Below are positions 54,636-63,307 of a stretch of DNA of 64,000 nucleotides, piece after piece. The notes below the pieces were generated by a model. The model did not search any database. It worked only from the letters and a program-made list of their open reading frames with translations, and was not told the origin of the DNA. The position numbers and the translations under genes were made by a program. Source of the DNA: a virus. Position 1 is the stretch's first letter. Each line of letters opens with the position of its first letter. The DNA is taken from the IMG/VR virus record IMGVR_UViG_3300047472_000191, positions 32,001-96,000 of that record; one strand, given 5' to 3'.

Positions 54636-55028
54636 ATGAGCGTTCCGTTAGACACCCTCATAACCACGGGTGCAGTGGTCTTCGGGAGCTTATCGACCTA
54701 CGCAGGGACGCGGTACATGGGTCGGAATACGAACGCCACCGAAAACCGCAAGGTAAAGCTCAGTGAGTTCGAGACGTTCAAAGAGGCGTACTACGAGCAG
54801 ATCGCTGAGTTCAAGGAACGCTACGCGACTCAAGAAGCGAAGATGAACAAGGTGGAACGTCTGCTTCGCCTGGCTCTCAAGCACATCCGGGACCTGCGCA
54901 CCGACATGCGGCAGCACGACGTCATTCCGTCCCACGGGACGCCGTCCGAGCTGGAGAGCCTGCTGTGGACTCTCACGGATGAGGACGATGCGGAGGTCAC
55001 CGCGTCGCACCCCGGATCGGGGGAGTGA
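54636..55028 (+). CDS. membrane protein with coiled coil (lysis cassette)
   Basis: N-terminal TM segment followed by coiled coil. Confidence 0.65.
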   Translation: MSVPLDTLITTGAVVFGSLSTYAGTRYMGRNTNATENRKVKLSEFETFKEAYYEQIAEFKERYATQEAKMNKVERLLRLALKHIRDLRTDMRQHDVIPSHGTPSELESLLWTLTDEDDAEVTASHPGSGE

Positions 55029-55591
55029 TGCGCGTTCCCCGGGCCCAGCTCCGTCAGGCCCTGATAGCAGCGGGCGCACAGAGCGGGACATGGGCACAGC
55101 CCGGAACGGCCGAGACTCTGGCAGCTGTGGCCCTCGCCGCGTCGGGGGTTCAAGGGGAAGCGGACTGCGATACGACGGACGGCCTGCGAGTCACCGTCTT
55201 CCAGATCGAGACGCGTCCCGCAGACACCGGACGGCGTACCCCGCGAGATCGGGAGTGGCTCACCGACGGCCTCTCCAACGCGTGCTTGGCGGCCGTAGCG
55301 CTCACGCACATGAACGGGCTGAAGATGTGGCCCGAGTACACGTCCGGCGCCTACCGGCGCTACCTCCCGGAGGCGCATCCCCCGTCCATACAGCGGCCTG
55401 AGGACGACGTTCCGTACCAGGAGGCCCCCGTGTTCCCCGGCGTCCCGCTACGGCTCCTGATGCGCGCCTGCGGATGGATCGCCCCGTCCAACGTAGACGC
55501 CGACCGGATCGCCGGGATCAACGGCTTTCCCTCCGCCGCAGACGTTCCCGCAGGGCACGTTGTGCGGATCCCCGTACAGCGGGGCTGGTAA
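55028..55591 (+). CDS. lysozyme-like (SLT) fold plus LysM-like domain, catalytic Glu apparently replaced
   Basis: L..AG...A..LAAVALAASG, FQI, N...A, W..Y.SGAY.RYL; C-terminal IA.ING....V.AG.V.RIP. Confidence 0.6.
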   Translation: MRVPRAQLRQALIAAGAQSGTWAQPGTAETLAAVALAASGVQGEADCDTTDGLRVTVFQIETRPADTGRRTPRDREWLTDGLSNACLAAVALTHMNGLKMWPEYTSGAYRRYLPEAHPPSIQRPEDDVPYQEAPVFPGVPLRLLMRACGWIAPSNVDADRIAGINGFPSAADVPAGHVVRIPVQRGW

Positions 55592-55627
55592 TCGGCCCCG
55601 TGCTGAAAACCGAGTGAGAGGACTCTC

Positions 55628-55846
55628 GTGAACAAGTTCCTGAATCGTGCCTTCCTGAAGGACGTTGCGGACCGCACCGTCTCCACCTACGTACAGGCGT
55701 TCGTGGGTCTGGAACTGTCCGACATGACCAACCTGACGTCCATCGGCGCCACCAAGGCCGTTGCGATCGCCGCGCTGCCTGCGGCGTTAGCCGTGCTCAA
55801 GGCCGCGCTCAAGGGCGCCGCCAAGCAGGACACCGCTGGCGTCTGA
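55628..55846 (+). CDS. holin (r1t-like)
   Basis: F.KD.A.R.V.T..QAF.G and two hydrophobic helices. Confidence 0.8.
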   Translation: MNKFLNRAFLKDVADRTVSTYVQAFVGLELSDMTNLTSIGATKAVAIAALPAALAVLKAALKGAAKQDTAGV

Positions 55847-55856
55847 CCTGCTGAGA

Positions 55857-55890
55857 AGGGGGCGGCGGTTCTCTGGAGCTGCCGCCCTCC
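55857..55890 (+). terminator. terminator at end of late operon
   Basis: GGGGGCGGCGGTTC / GAGCTGCCGCCCTC. Confidence 0.55.
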
Positions 55891-55941
55891 CCGCTATATG
55901 ATCAGCCTTGGATGCAGGACTTCCAGCGGAGGTACATAAGC

Positions 55942-56130
55942 GTGACCGCTATGCAACACACGGCGCAGGACCGGTGCGACCGGTGCCGGGCGCAGGGCTA
56001 CACCACGTGGGACATCGCGGGTAAGTCGCTTACGTTCTGCGGGCACCACACCAACGCTTACGGGGACGTCCTGACCCAACGGGGCTACACCCTCCGCGTG
56101 GACGACACCATCGCCCTTAACAGCAGGTAA
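55942..56130 (+). CDS. small actinobacterial Zn-finger protein
   Basis: DRCDRC.A..Y....L.FCGHH. Confidence 0.75.
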   Translation: MTAMQHTAQDRCDRCRAQGYTTWDIAGKSLTFCGHHTNAYGDVLTQRGYTLRVDDTIALNSR

Positions 56131-56164
56131 TAGGGCCACATCCGTCTAAACTGCTAAGGTAGAT

Positions 56165-56390
56165 ACCGATCACCCCATGGTCTTCCGCCGGAAACTCTGG
56201 CGGACGCACGAAAGGTCAGGTGATTGCCCCTCATGACGGACAGCATCAAGAACCAGCAGCCCGATATGACGGAAACGTCCTGACCTAGGAGTGTGATCCG
56301 ACATCTCCCTGGCGGCCGGTCTGAAATACCCGGCCGTCTCGGAGAGGGATCAACCCGACGAGCCCCGGCAAACCCTGCCGGGGCTCCCGT
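56165..56390 (+). ncRNA. candidate structured leader / non-coding RNA
   Basis: Follows TGCTAAGGTAGATA promoter motif; several hairpins and the long-range helix AGGTCAGG/CCTGACCT. Confidence 0.4.
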
Positions 56391-56412
56391 ATACCCCGAG
56401 AAGGAGAGAACT

Positions 56413-57957
56413 GTGACCGCGCTACTTGAGGCGCCCGTCAAGCCGCCTCTGCGGCCGTATCAGGCGGCAGGCGTCCAGTTCCTCCGGGACCACCCCCGCG
56501 CGTATTTGGCGGACGATCCTGGGCTCGGAAAAAGTCGACAATTGCTGGAAGCGTCCGTGGGCAAGACCCTGATTCTCGCCCCCGCCATGATCCTGGACTC
56601 CGGTACCTGGCGGAACGAGGTCAACCGGTGGGCCGACGACCCCAGCCGGTTCACGTACGTCCCCTACACGTCTCTGTGCCACCGGGAGACCACCCCCGGA
56701 GCCTTCCTGTACGAGCGGATCGCCAAGCACGACACAGCCGTGATCACCGAAGATCAGGTACTAGACGAGAACGGCAAGCTGCTACAGGGCTTCAAGCCCA
56801 TTCTGACTGCCAAGGGGGAGCACAAGCGGCAGCCCTCCCGGTCCAAGGTCGTCCCGATACCGCGTCCCGAGTACAACCAGCACTGGGACACGATCATCTG
56901 CGACGAAGCCCAGCTGCTCAAAGGCCGCAAAACCACCTGGGTCGACGCCCTCAAGATCCTGTCCCGGAACGCGGACCGGCTGTGGATGGCCTCCGGTACA
57001 CCGATCTCCAACTTCGCCCCCGAGCTGTTCGCCCCGCTGCAACTGCTGTACCCGGAACTGAGCGGCAAGGGGCAGAAGCTCGGATCGTTCTGGCGGTGGG
57101 CCGGGACGTGGTTCCACATCACAGAGTCCCAGTTCCGAGAGCACGAGAAGATCATCGGAGATCTTCTGCACTGCTACCCGGAGTGCCTCGACCAGCCCGC
57201 CTGGGACCCGTGCGAGCACTACGAGCGGTTCTTCAAGCAGAACCTCGGAGACCGGTACATACAGAGGCTGCGGGACGACGTACTGCCGGACCTTCCCCCG
57301 CTGGAGATGCAGACCGTACTCACCCCGATGACCAAGAGGCAGGGTGTGGAGTACCGGAAGATGAAGAAGGACTCGCTGGCCTACGCTCTGGACGGCAACA
57401 TGATGGTCGCCTGGTCCAAGGGCGCCGCGCACGTGAAGCTGGACAAGATGGCAACCGGTCTGGGTCTCTTCACCGGGGGTATCGAGGAGTCCGGCAAGCT
57501 GGACCAGCTGCGGTACGACCTCAGCGAGCGGGTGTATCCCACACTGGTGGTCGCGCACTATCAGGACACCGTCACCGCGTGCGCGGAGGTAGCCAGGTCG
57601 CTCGGTAAGAAGGCGGAGCAGATCGACGGCCGGACCAGCAAGGGGGACCGGCTGCGGTTCGTGGAAGCCTTCCAGGCTGGCAAGCTGGACGTGCTGGTCG
57701 GGTCTCTGGAGACGATCTCGGAGGGTCTGACGCTCACGGCCGCTGACTTGATCATTTTCGTTGAGCACTCCTGGAAGCCGTCCCGGAATCAGCAGGCGCT
57801 CCGCCGGGTGCACCGGCTGGGGCAGACGCGCCCGGTCACGGCCTACGACTACGTCACGCCGAAGAGCGTGGATGAGGGCAAGCGGGAGCTGTTGGCTACG
57901 AAGCAGGATCGGGCGATGAGGGCTTTGACCTGGGGGGTTGTTCGAGACCTCCTTTAG
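56413..57957 (+). CDS. SNF2-family helicase
   Basis: LRPYQ, LADDPGLGKS, ICDEAQ, SGTP, EGLTL, Q...RVHRLGQ; AAGGAG RBS before GTG. Confidence 0.93.
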   Translation: MTALLEAPVKPPLRPYQAAGVQFLRDHPRAYLADDPGLGKSRQLLEASVGKTLILAPAMILDSGTWRNEVNRWADDPSRFTYVPYTSLCHRETTPGAFLYERIAKHDTAVITEDQVLDENGKLLQGFKPILTAKGEHKRQPSRSKVVPIPRPEYNQHWDTIICDEAQLLKGRKTTWVDALKILSRNADRLWMASGTPISNFAPELFAPLQLLYPELSGKGQKLGSFWRWAGTWFHITESQFREHEKIIGDLLHCYPECLDQPAWDPCEHYERFFKQNLGDRYIQRLRDDVLPDLPPLEMQTVLTPMTKRQGVEYRKMKKDSLAYALDGNMMVAWSKGAAHVKLDKMATGLGLFTGGIEESGKLDQLRYDLSERVYPTLVVAHYQDTVTACAEVARSLGKKAEQIDGRTSKGDRLRFVEAFQAGKLDVLVGSLETISEGLTLTAADLIIFVEHSWKPSRNQQALRRVHRLGQTRPVTAYDYVTPKSVDEGKRELLATKQDRAMRALTWGVVRDLL

Positions 57958-58004
57958 GTGCTAGGGTAGATACATACCCGAGAGACACCACCAAGGAGAC
58001 TTTC

Positions 58005-58211
58005 ATGGAGCCCCAGACTGAGATCGTGTACGTAGTCGCATCCGCCCCCCACAAGGCCATCGCCTTCATCAACGGCACAGACGCCCAGCCGAACAGCGTC
58101 TTCACCGTCAGGTCGGCAGCCGAAACTGTGGCGCGGTGGAAGTCCCAGGACTATGGCTACGACATGCACGTCTATGGGGCCCGGGTCACCGTCGAACTGC
58201 TGGAGGACTGA
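58005..58211 (+). CDS. hypothetical protein
   Basis: Promoter motif 57938-57972, AAGGAG RBS. Confidence 0.7.
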   Translation: MEPQTEIVYVVASAPHKAIAFINGTDAQPNSVFTVRSAAETVARWKSQDYGYDMHVYGARVTVELLED

Positions 58212-58214
58212 GCC

Positions 58215-58841
58215 GTGCCGAGTATCACCCCCCAGGCCGCCCCGACTGCCCAGGTGCGGCCCACCCCCGTCGTCTATCCGAGAGTCAACGAAGACGACGC
58301 CGTGATCATGGGTCTCGACCCTGGCGGCAAGGAAGGCGACGACAAGGGCGGGCACGTCGGGGTCGCCCTGGCCTGCCGGTCCTATGTCGCGGACCCTGCG
58401 GCCCCGGGAGGCTGGTCCCTTCAGTCGCCCGGTTGGAGGGTCTACGACACCTTCGAAATGTCCCCGGACGAGTTCATCCGGTGGTTCGTTACCAATACGT
58501 CCGCGATCGACCTGATTTTCGGTGAGATGTTCCGGCTGGACAAGGAACGCGCCTACACGCTGATCGGGTCCAGCATGCCGACGTCACAGCTCATCGGCTG
58601 GGTCCGCATGCACTGCATGCTGTACGCCCCGACCATTCAGGTGAACTGGCAGTCGAACATGGTCCTGAAAGGCCCGACTGCGGCGATCCTGCGGGAAAAG
58701 GGGATCAAGCCGGTGTCCCCGCCCGGGAAGAACGCCGCCCGGTTCAGCACGGGGGACCACCAGCGAAGCTCTGAACTCCACCTCTGGCACGGCCTGATGC
58801 GCGCTGGGCTTGTCGAGGGAATTAGCTCTGACATAGGGTAG
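58215..58841 (+). CDS. RuvC-like Holliday junction resolvase
   Basis: IMGLDPG...GVA, IFGE.F, QLIG, H.RS...H. Confidence 0.7.
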   Translation: MPSITPQAAPTAQVRPTPVVYPRVNEDDAVIMGLDPGGKEGDDKGGHVGVALACRSYVADPAAPGGWSLQSPGWRVYDTFEMSPDEFIRWFVTNTSAIDLIFGEMFRLDKERAYTLIGSSMPTSQLIGWVRMHCMLYAPTIQVNWQSNMVLKGPTAAILREKGIKPVSPPGKNAARFSTGDHQRSSELHLWHGLMRAGLVEGISSDIG

Positions 58842-58887
58842 ATAAGACCACTGTGCCGCCGCGCCTACACACTCCAGGAGACACCGT

Positions 58888-59151
58888 ATGACGACAGCCC
58901 CCAGCGAAGAGAGCGTTTGGCAGGAAAAGCGAACCCGCCAGCACGCTCTGTACCCCCGGCAGCGTGAAGCCCTCCAGTTGTACGCCCGGGGACTGAGGTA
59001 CAGCGAGATCGCAGATGAGATGGACCTCGCCATCGGCACCGCCCGTTCCTACGTCGGAGCCGCCCGCGTGGCCCTCGGAGCCGCCGACCCGACAGAAGCA
59101 GTACGGATCGCCGCCGAGCGCGGTGAGATCGAACTCGCAAGCAACATCTAG
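58888..59151 (+). CDS. LuxR/sigma-region-4 HTH regulator
   Basis: L.PRQRE.L.L.A.GL...EIA..M.L..GT..SY...A...LG. Confidence 0.85.
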   Translation: MTTAPSEESVWQEKRTRQHALYPRQREALQLYARGLRYSEIADEMDLAIGTARSYVGAARVALGAADPTEAVRIAAERGEIELASNI

Positions 59152-59164
59152 GCGAACCCCCGCA

Positions 59165-59198
59165 AGGGAGGCACCGGTTGATCCGGTGCCTCCCTTTT
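59165..59198 (+). terminator. intrinsic terminator
   Basis: AGGGAGGCACCGG / CCGGTGCCTCCCT followed by TTT. Confidence 0.8.
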
Positions 59199-59365
59199 GT
59201 GTTTTCTGATGCAGCACGCTTCGCAGGACTTGTTGCAGGGCTATTTCAGCGTATGATCGGGGACAGCCCCGGAGAATTGCCGCCCAGTGGTGGGCCGGAG
59301 CGCTAGTAGCAACTCCCAACGTTGCTAGGATAGAACCATCATCCCCGCTGCTTCGGAGCCCCTCC

Positions 59366-60358
59366 ATGACCACACCCCTGCCACCCCTCAAGGTCAGCTA
59401 TTCCCAGCTCACGACGCTTCGCGACTGTCCCTTGAAGTTCCGCTGGCACTACTACGACGGCTACCGGGTCATCGCGAAGGATCCGAAGCTGGACCTCGGC
59501 TCCGCCTGGCACGAGTGCGTTCTTGAGAACCACTACAACGTGATCAAGGACTACCAGGACCACACCCTTGACGGCCGCTCTCCGCAGCGGGGAAGCGCCG
59601 ATGAGGAGAGTCTTCTCTCCGTCGCCCGTAACACCGTGGAAGCCGCCCTCACCGCCGCCCTGAAGGGTGAGCAGTACAGCGCGCTGTACCCCGAGGACTA
59701 CGACGTTCTGCGGTGGATGTACGCCGGTTACACCGCTCACTACGGCTGCGACCCGCACTGGCGCATCCTCGACGTGGAACACAAGGGCTTGGCCCCGCTC
59801 GGGCAGATCATCACCCCCGCCGGTCGCCGGGATGTCGTTCTGGACTACCGGATCGACCTCGTGGTGGAAGACCTGGAGCTGGGCGGCGTCTTCGCCGTCG
59901 AGTCAAAGTCCGCGAAGACCCTTTCCACCCGGTTTGCTATGGAACTGGACGACCAGACCGGTTTGTACGAATGGGCGTTCCGTACCAGCAACCACCCGCA
60001 GGCCAAGACGATCAACGGATGCGTCCGCTCCGAAGCCAAGAAGGCTATGAACGTCGGCGACAAGCCGGGGGCTACCAAGGGCAAGGCGCAGACCCTGGAA
60101 GCGCGTCACCAGCGCCTCATGGTGCCCCGCACACCCACAGAGCTGACTGCTATCTCCCGGGACGCCCTGGCCGCCTCGCAGGCAGCTTACGGCGGCAACC
60201 TGCCGATCTACAGCGGCCCCAACCCGGGCGAATGCCAGTGGAAGTGCCAGTTCAAGGATGTCCACATCGAGTTCCGCAAGGGTCGTCCGATCGCCCAGCT
60301 GATGCAGGAACACGGCTTCCGCCAGGTCCCCACCGAGTTCAACGGCCTTTCGGCCTGA
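59366..60358 (+). CDS. PD-(D/E)XK (RecB/Cas4-like) exonuclease
   Basis: SYSQL....CP, G.AWH, RIDLV, VESKS, Q..LY, C.WKC. Confidence 0.85.
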   Translation: MTTPLPPLKVSYSQLTTLRDCPLKFRWHYYDGYRVIAKDPKLDLGSAWHECVLENHYNVIKDYQDHTLDGRSPQRGSADEESLLSVARNTVEAALTAALKGEQYSALYPEDYDVLRWMYAGYTAHYGCDPHWRILDVEHKGLAPLGQIITPAGRRDVVLDYRIDLVVEDLELGGVFAVESKSAKTLSTRFAMELDDQTGLYEWAFRTSNHPQAKTINGCVRSEAKKAMNVGDKPGATKGKAQTLEARHQRLMVPRTPTELTAISRDALAASQAAYGGNLPIYSGPNPGECQWKCQFKDVHIEFRKGRPIAQLMQEHGFRQVPTEFNGLSA

Positions 60359-60372
60359 CGAGAGGAGCTTCC

Positions 60373-60585
60373 ATGCCCGCACACAAAGGGTCGGCCCATC
60401 ACCTGGCCGTACTCAACGAAACATCCGTCCGGGAAGCCCGCCGGGAGTACCGCCTCGGAGGGATCTCCGTCCGGGAACTCGCAGACCGCTACGGCGTGAC
60501 CACCGGGGCCATGCGACGGGCCATCCACGGAATCACCTGGGCCCACGTCACGGCTACCCCCCTGGAGGACAGCGATGCCGCGTGA
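60373..60585 (+). CDS. small HTH protein resembling the DNA-binding tail of HNH endonucleases
   Basis: G..H..A.L....V...R..Y..G.....ELA..YGV........I....W.HV. Confidence 0.75.
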   Translation: MPAHKGSAHHLAVLNETSVREARREYRLGGISVRELADRYGVTTGAMRRAIHGITWAHVTATPLEDSDAA

Positions 60586-60712
60586 TCTGATCCCCGTCCG
60601 CTGCCAGAGCTGCGCATTCCCCGGCATGGTCACACGGACTCTCTGGCAGCGCGTCCTGGGCCAGCTGGCCTGCGGGAACTGCCGCAAAACCACCGCCTGG
60701 AAGGAACGCTGA
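60575..60712 (+). CDS. small Zn-ribbon protein (45 aa)
   Basis: GGAGG RBS; MPRDLIPVRCQSC...CGNC; below the ORF-track cutoff. Confidence 0.6.
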   Translation: MPRDLIPVRCQSCAFPGMVTRTLWQRVLGQLACGNCRKTTAWKER

Positions 60713-60714
60713 GC

Positions 60715-61239
60715 ATGATCGGCAAGACCACCACCCTCCTGTTCACCGGGGCCCGCTGGCACCCCAACCCGGAGATCGCCACCACGGCGCTCGCCCGGTA
60801 CGTCCTGAACGAGGCCCCGGGCTGGGTCGTCGTCCGGCACGGGGCCTGCCCCGGAGATCAGTCCATCGACCAGGCGATATCCGAGTGGATACGCGACTGC
60901 GGCGAGGCCCTCGGTGTCATCGAAGATCCGATGCCCGCCGACTGGGACAACTGCGGACCCGGCTGCCCGCCTTACGGAATCATCGGCCACCGCATCTTCA
61001 AGCGGCCCGGCGACGTAGAGCACCCCGGCAAGCTGGACACCTACTGCCCGCAGGCCGGTCCCCGCCGCAACGCCGAAATGGTCAACAAGCGCCCCCGGGC
61101 GGACCGGGCGATCGCGGTTCCGTACGGCCGGTCGTTCGGCACCCGCAACTGCATCGGCCTGGCCCACGCCGCCGACATCCCCACCACGGTCCTCACCGAC
61201 CGAAACGTTCCTGCTGTCCTGATGGAGGCCCTGTTCTGA
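60715..61239 (+). CDS. SLOG-superfamily (YspA/DUF2493-like) protein
   Basis: LFTG.R, V.HGACP, ADW, AGPRRN.EMV, GT.NC. Confidence 0.8.
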   Translation: MIGKTTTLLFTGARWHPNPEIATTALARYVLNEAPGWVVVRHGACPGDQSIDQAISEWIRDCGEALGVIEDPMPADWDNCGPGCPPYGIIGHRIFKRPGDVEHPGKLDTYCPQAGPRRNAEMVNKRPRADRAIAVPYGRSFGTRNCIGLAHAADIPTTVLTDRNVPAVLMEALF

Positions 61240-61955
61240 TGGCCGAGATACTCACCTTCAGTTCCAAGATCACCGCAACGCTGGTCCAGTTCACCGGAGA
61301 CGACACCGGTATCTGCAACGCGGCCCGCGTCTCCACCCTCGGAGACCTGGCCGAAGGCGCCGGATGTCCCACCAAGAACGCTGGTCTGATCAACTTCCTG
61401 ATGCGGGACCGGCACGGCAGCCCCTTCGAGCACGGCTCCATGACGTTCTTCGTCAAGGCCCCGATCTTCGTGTTCCGCGAGTTCATGCGGCACCGCGTCG
61501 GATTCAGTTACAACGAAGAATCCGGCCGCTACAAGCAGCTCGCCCCCGAGTTCTACTACCCCGCCCCCGGCCGCAACCTCGTGCAGACCGGCAAGCCCGG
61601 CGCCTACACCTTCGAGCCCGGCGACGCCGAGCAGTACGGGGCCGTCTCGTCCAACCTCAAGCGGATCGCCATCGACGCTTACGAGGCCTACGAGTACATG
61701 CTCAAGTGCGGCATAGCCCGCGAAGTGGCCCGCATGTGCCTGCCGGTGAACATCTACAGCTCCGCCTACGTCACCTGCAACCCGCGCTCCCTCATGCACT
61801 TCCTGGGCCTGCGCACCCACCGCGAGGACGCCACCTTCGTGAGCCATCCCCAGCGGGAAATCGAGCTGGCTGCCGAGCAGATGGAAGAGGTCTTCAAGGG
61901 CCTCTTCCCCGCCACCTGGACGGCATTCGAGAAGAACAAGCGCGTAGCACCTTGA
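61239..61955 (+). CDS. thyX: flavin-dependent thymidylate synthase
   Basis: AARVS, HGSPFEH, RHR..SYNEESGRY, REVAR..LP, Q.EI. Confidence 0.96.
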   Translation: MAEILTFSSKITATLVQFTGDDTGICNAARVSTLGDLAEGAGCPTKNAGLINFLMRDRHGSPFEHGSMTFFVKAPIFVFREFMRHRVGFSYNEESGRYKQLAPEFYYPAPGRNLVQTGKPGAYTFEPGDAEQYGAVSSNLKRIAIDAYEAYEYMLKCGIAREVARMCLPVNIYSSAYVTCNPRSLMHFLGLRTHREDATFVSHPQREIELAAEQMEEVFKGLFPATWTAFEKNKRVAP

Positions 61956-62443
61956 TCAAAGTTCCGGTAACAGACAGGCACGGCACGATAGTGGCCTGGA
62001 CGCTGATGGATGAAGAGGCTGCGGGTCGTCTGCCCGCGCCCCTTCGTTCGAACGGTAGCGGTTACGTCACCATGAACGTTCCGCACCCCGTAGTCGAGGG
62101 CCGGTATTACACGCTCGGACTGCACCGCTGGGTGCTAGGGGTTCCCTACGGCAAGCCGGTCCAGGTTGATCACATCAACCATGATCCGCTGGATAACCGC
62201 CGTTCGAACCTGCGGGAAACGAGTGCTAGCGGTAACCAACAAAACCGTAAGCCCGGGGCCGACAGTCGCAATGTCTCAGGGCTACCTGGTGTCGGGTACC
62301 GGCGCGAGAACGCTGATAGGGGATGGGCTCCCTGGTATGGGCGCAAAAAGTACCAGGGCAAATCGTATCGAACCGGTTACTTCCACACGCCGACCGAAGC
62401 TTACGAAGCACTGCAAATTCGGATGAAAGGTGTCGCGCCATGA
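61952..62443 (+). CDS. HNH endonuclease with AP2-like domain
   Basis: LHR.VL, VDHINHDPLDNRRSNLR, N..N, SG..GV, G.F.T..EA. Confidence 0.88.
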   Translation: MIKVPVTDRHGTIVAWTLMDEEAAGRLPAPLRSNGSGYVTMNVPHPVVEGRYYTLGLHRWVLGVPYGKPVQVDHINHDPLDNRRSNLRETSASGNQQNRKPGADSRNVSGLPGVGYRRENADRGWAPWYGRKKYQGKSYRTGYFHTPTEAYEALQIRMKGVAP

Positions 62444-62871
62444 CCGAGCGGATGATCAAGAACACTCGGCACGCTGTCCAGCACCCGTGGCCGGAGGACG
62501 TGTATCTCCAGGGCGGGGGCCACGGCCTGGTGTTCTCCAGTGACGGCAACGACTACACCACTGCGTTCGTGGAGGCCTTCCCCGGCAGCACGTTCCTCCG
62601 GGGTGAAGGGCCGACCGTAGCGGAGGCCGAAGACGCCGCGTGGAAGCAGTTCCTGGTGTGGCGGGACTGCGACGGCTCCGGACAGCCTCACGGACCCTAC
62701 GAGCGCCGTCAGTACCGCAACGGGGCCGGGTTCTGTACCCGCTGCGGAATCTGGATGAACAAGGTGTTCGAGCCGCTCCCCGAGGACCCTGACCGGAAGC
62801 CCTCCAGGCTGGAGCAGTTCCTCACCGCCATCGTCAGCAAGGACGACTCTCCGAAGGGGGAGGAGCAGTGA
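62440..62871 (+). CDS. hypothetical protein
   Basis: ATGA overlap; TAF.EAFP..F.RGEG; C..H..C..C. Confidence 0.7.
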   Translation: MTERMIKNTRHAVQHPWPEDVYLQGGGHGLVFSSDGNDYTTAFVEAFPGSTFLRGEGPTVAEAEDAAWKQFLVWRDCDGSGQPHGPYERRQYRNGAGFCTRCGIWMNKVFEPLPEDPDRKPSRLEQFLTAIVSKDDSPKGEEQ

Positions 62872-63140
62872 CCGACAACGCGCCCCGGGCAGTCACTCCG
62901 GAGGAGCTTTCCGCGATCCTCCGCAGCGACGACGACGGCCCTGACGCCCTGTACCCGTGCCGCATCGGCATCTTCTGCGACGGGTGCGAAACCGTTGAAG
63001 AGCGAGACTTTCTCGTCAACGACCGCACCACCAAGCCCGAACGCCTGGAGCTGATCCGGGCGTTCGTCCGGACCCTCGGTTGGCTCGCGGACGCGGTTGA
63101 GGATCTGTGCCCGCCGTGCCGCCGGAAGGGTCAGGCATGA
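62868..63140 (+). CDS. hypothetical Zn-binding protein
   Basis: CDGC...GW...DLCP.C. Confidence 0.7.
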   Translation: MTDNAPRAVTPEELSAILRSDDDGPDALYPCRIGIFCDGCETVEERDFLVNDRTTKPERLELIRAFVRTLGWLADAVEDLCPPCRRKGQA

Positions 63141-63307
63141 ACTGGGTGTGGGACCTGCTGGAGCGCCGACGGGAACGGCGGGCCGCCCGGGAGTACGCCC
63201 GGATCATCAACACCCCGATGTCCCTCGCAACGGCCCTGGCTATTCGGAACGCCGAAGTCGCGGGCGACGCCCCCCGGCGCACGGTCAAGCGGACGGAGCA
63301 GCCGTGA
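63137..63307 (+). CDS. hypothetical protein
   Basis: ATGA overlap, operon context. Confidence 0.55.
   Translation: MNWVWDLLERRRERRAAREYARIINTPMSLATALAIRNAEVAGDAPRRTVKRTEQP

Noticed and set aside
56690-56870. Insertion in the SNF2 helicase as an intein
   Set aside because: Short, with no intein N-terminal block or C-terminal HN-C/S/T junction; more likely a surface loop
59366-60358. Cas4-like nuclease as part of a CRISPR system
   Set aside because: No repeat-spacer array or other cas genes seen; stand-alone PD-(D/E)XK exonucleases are common in actinophages
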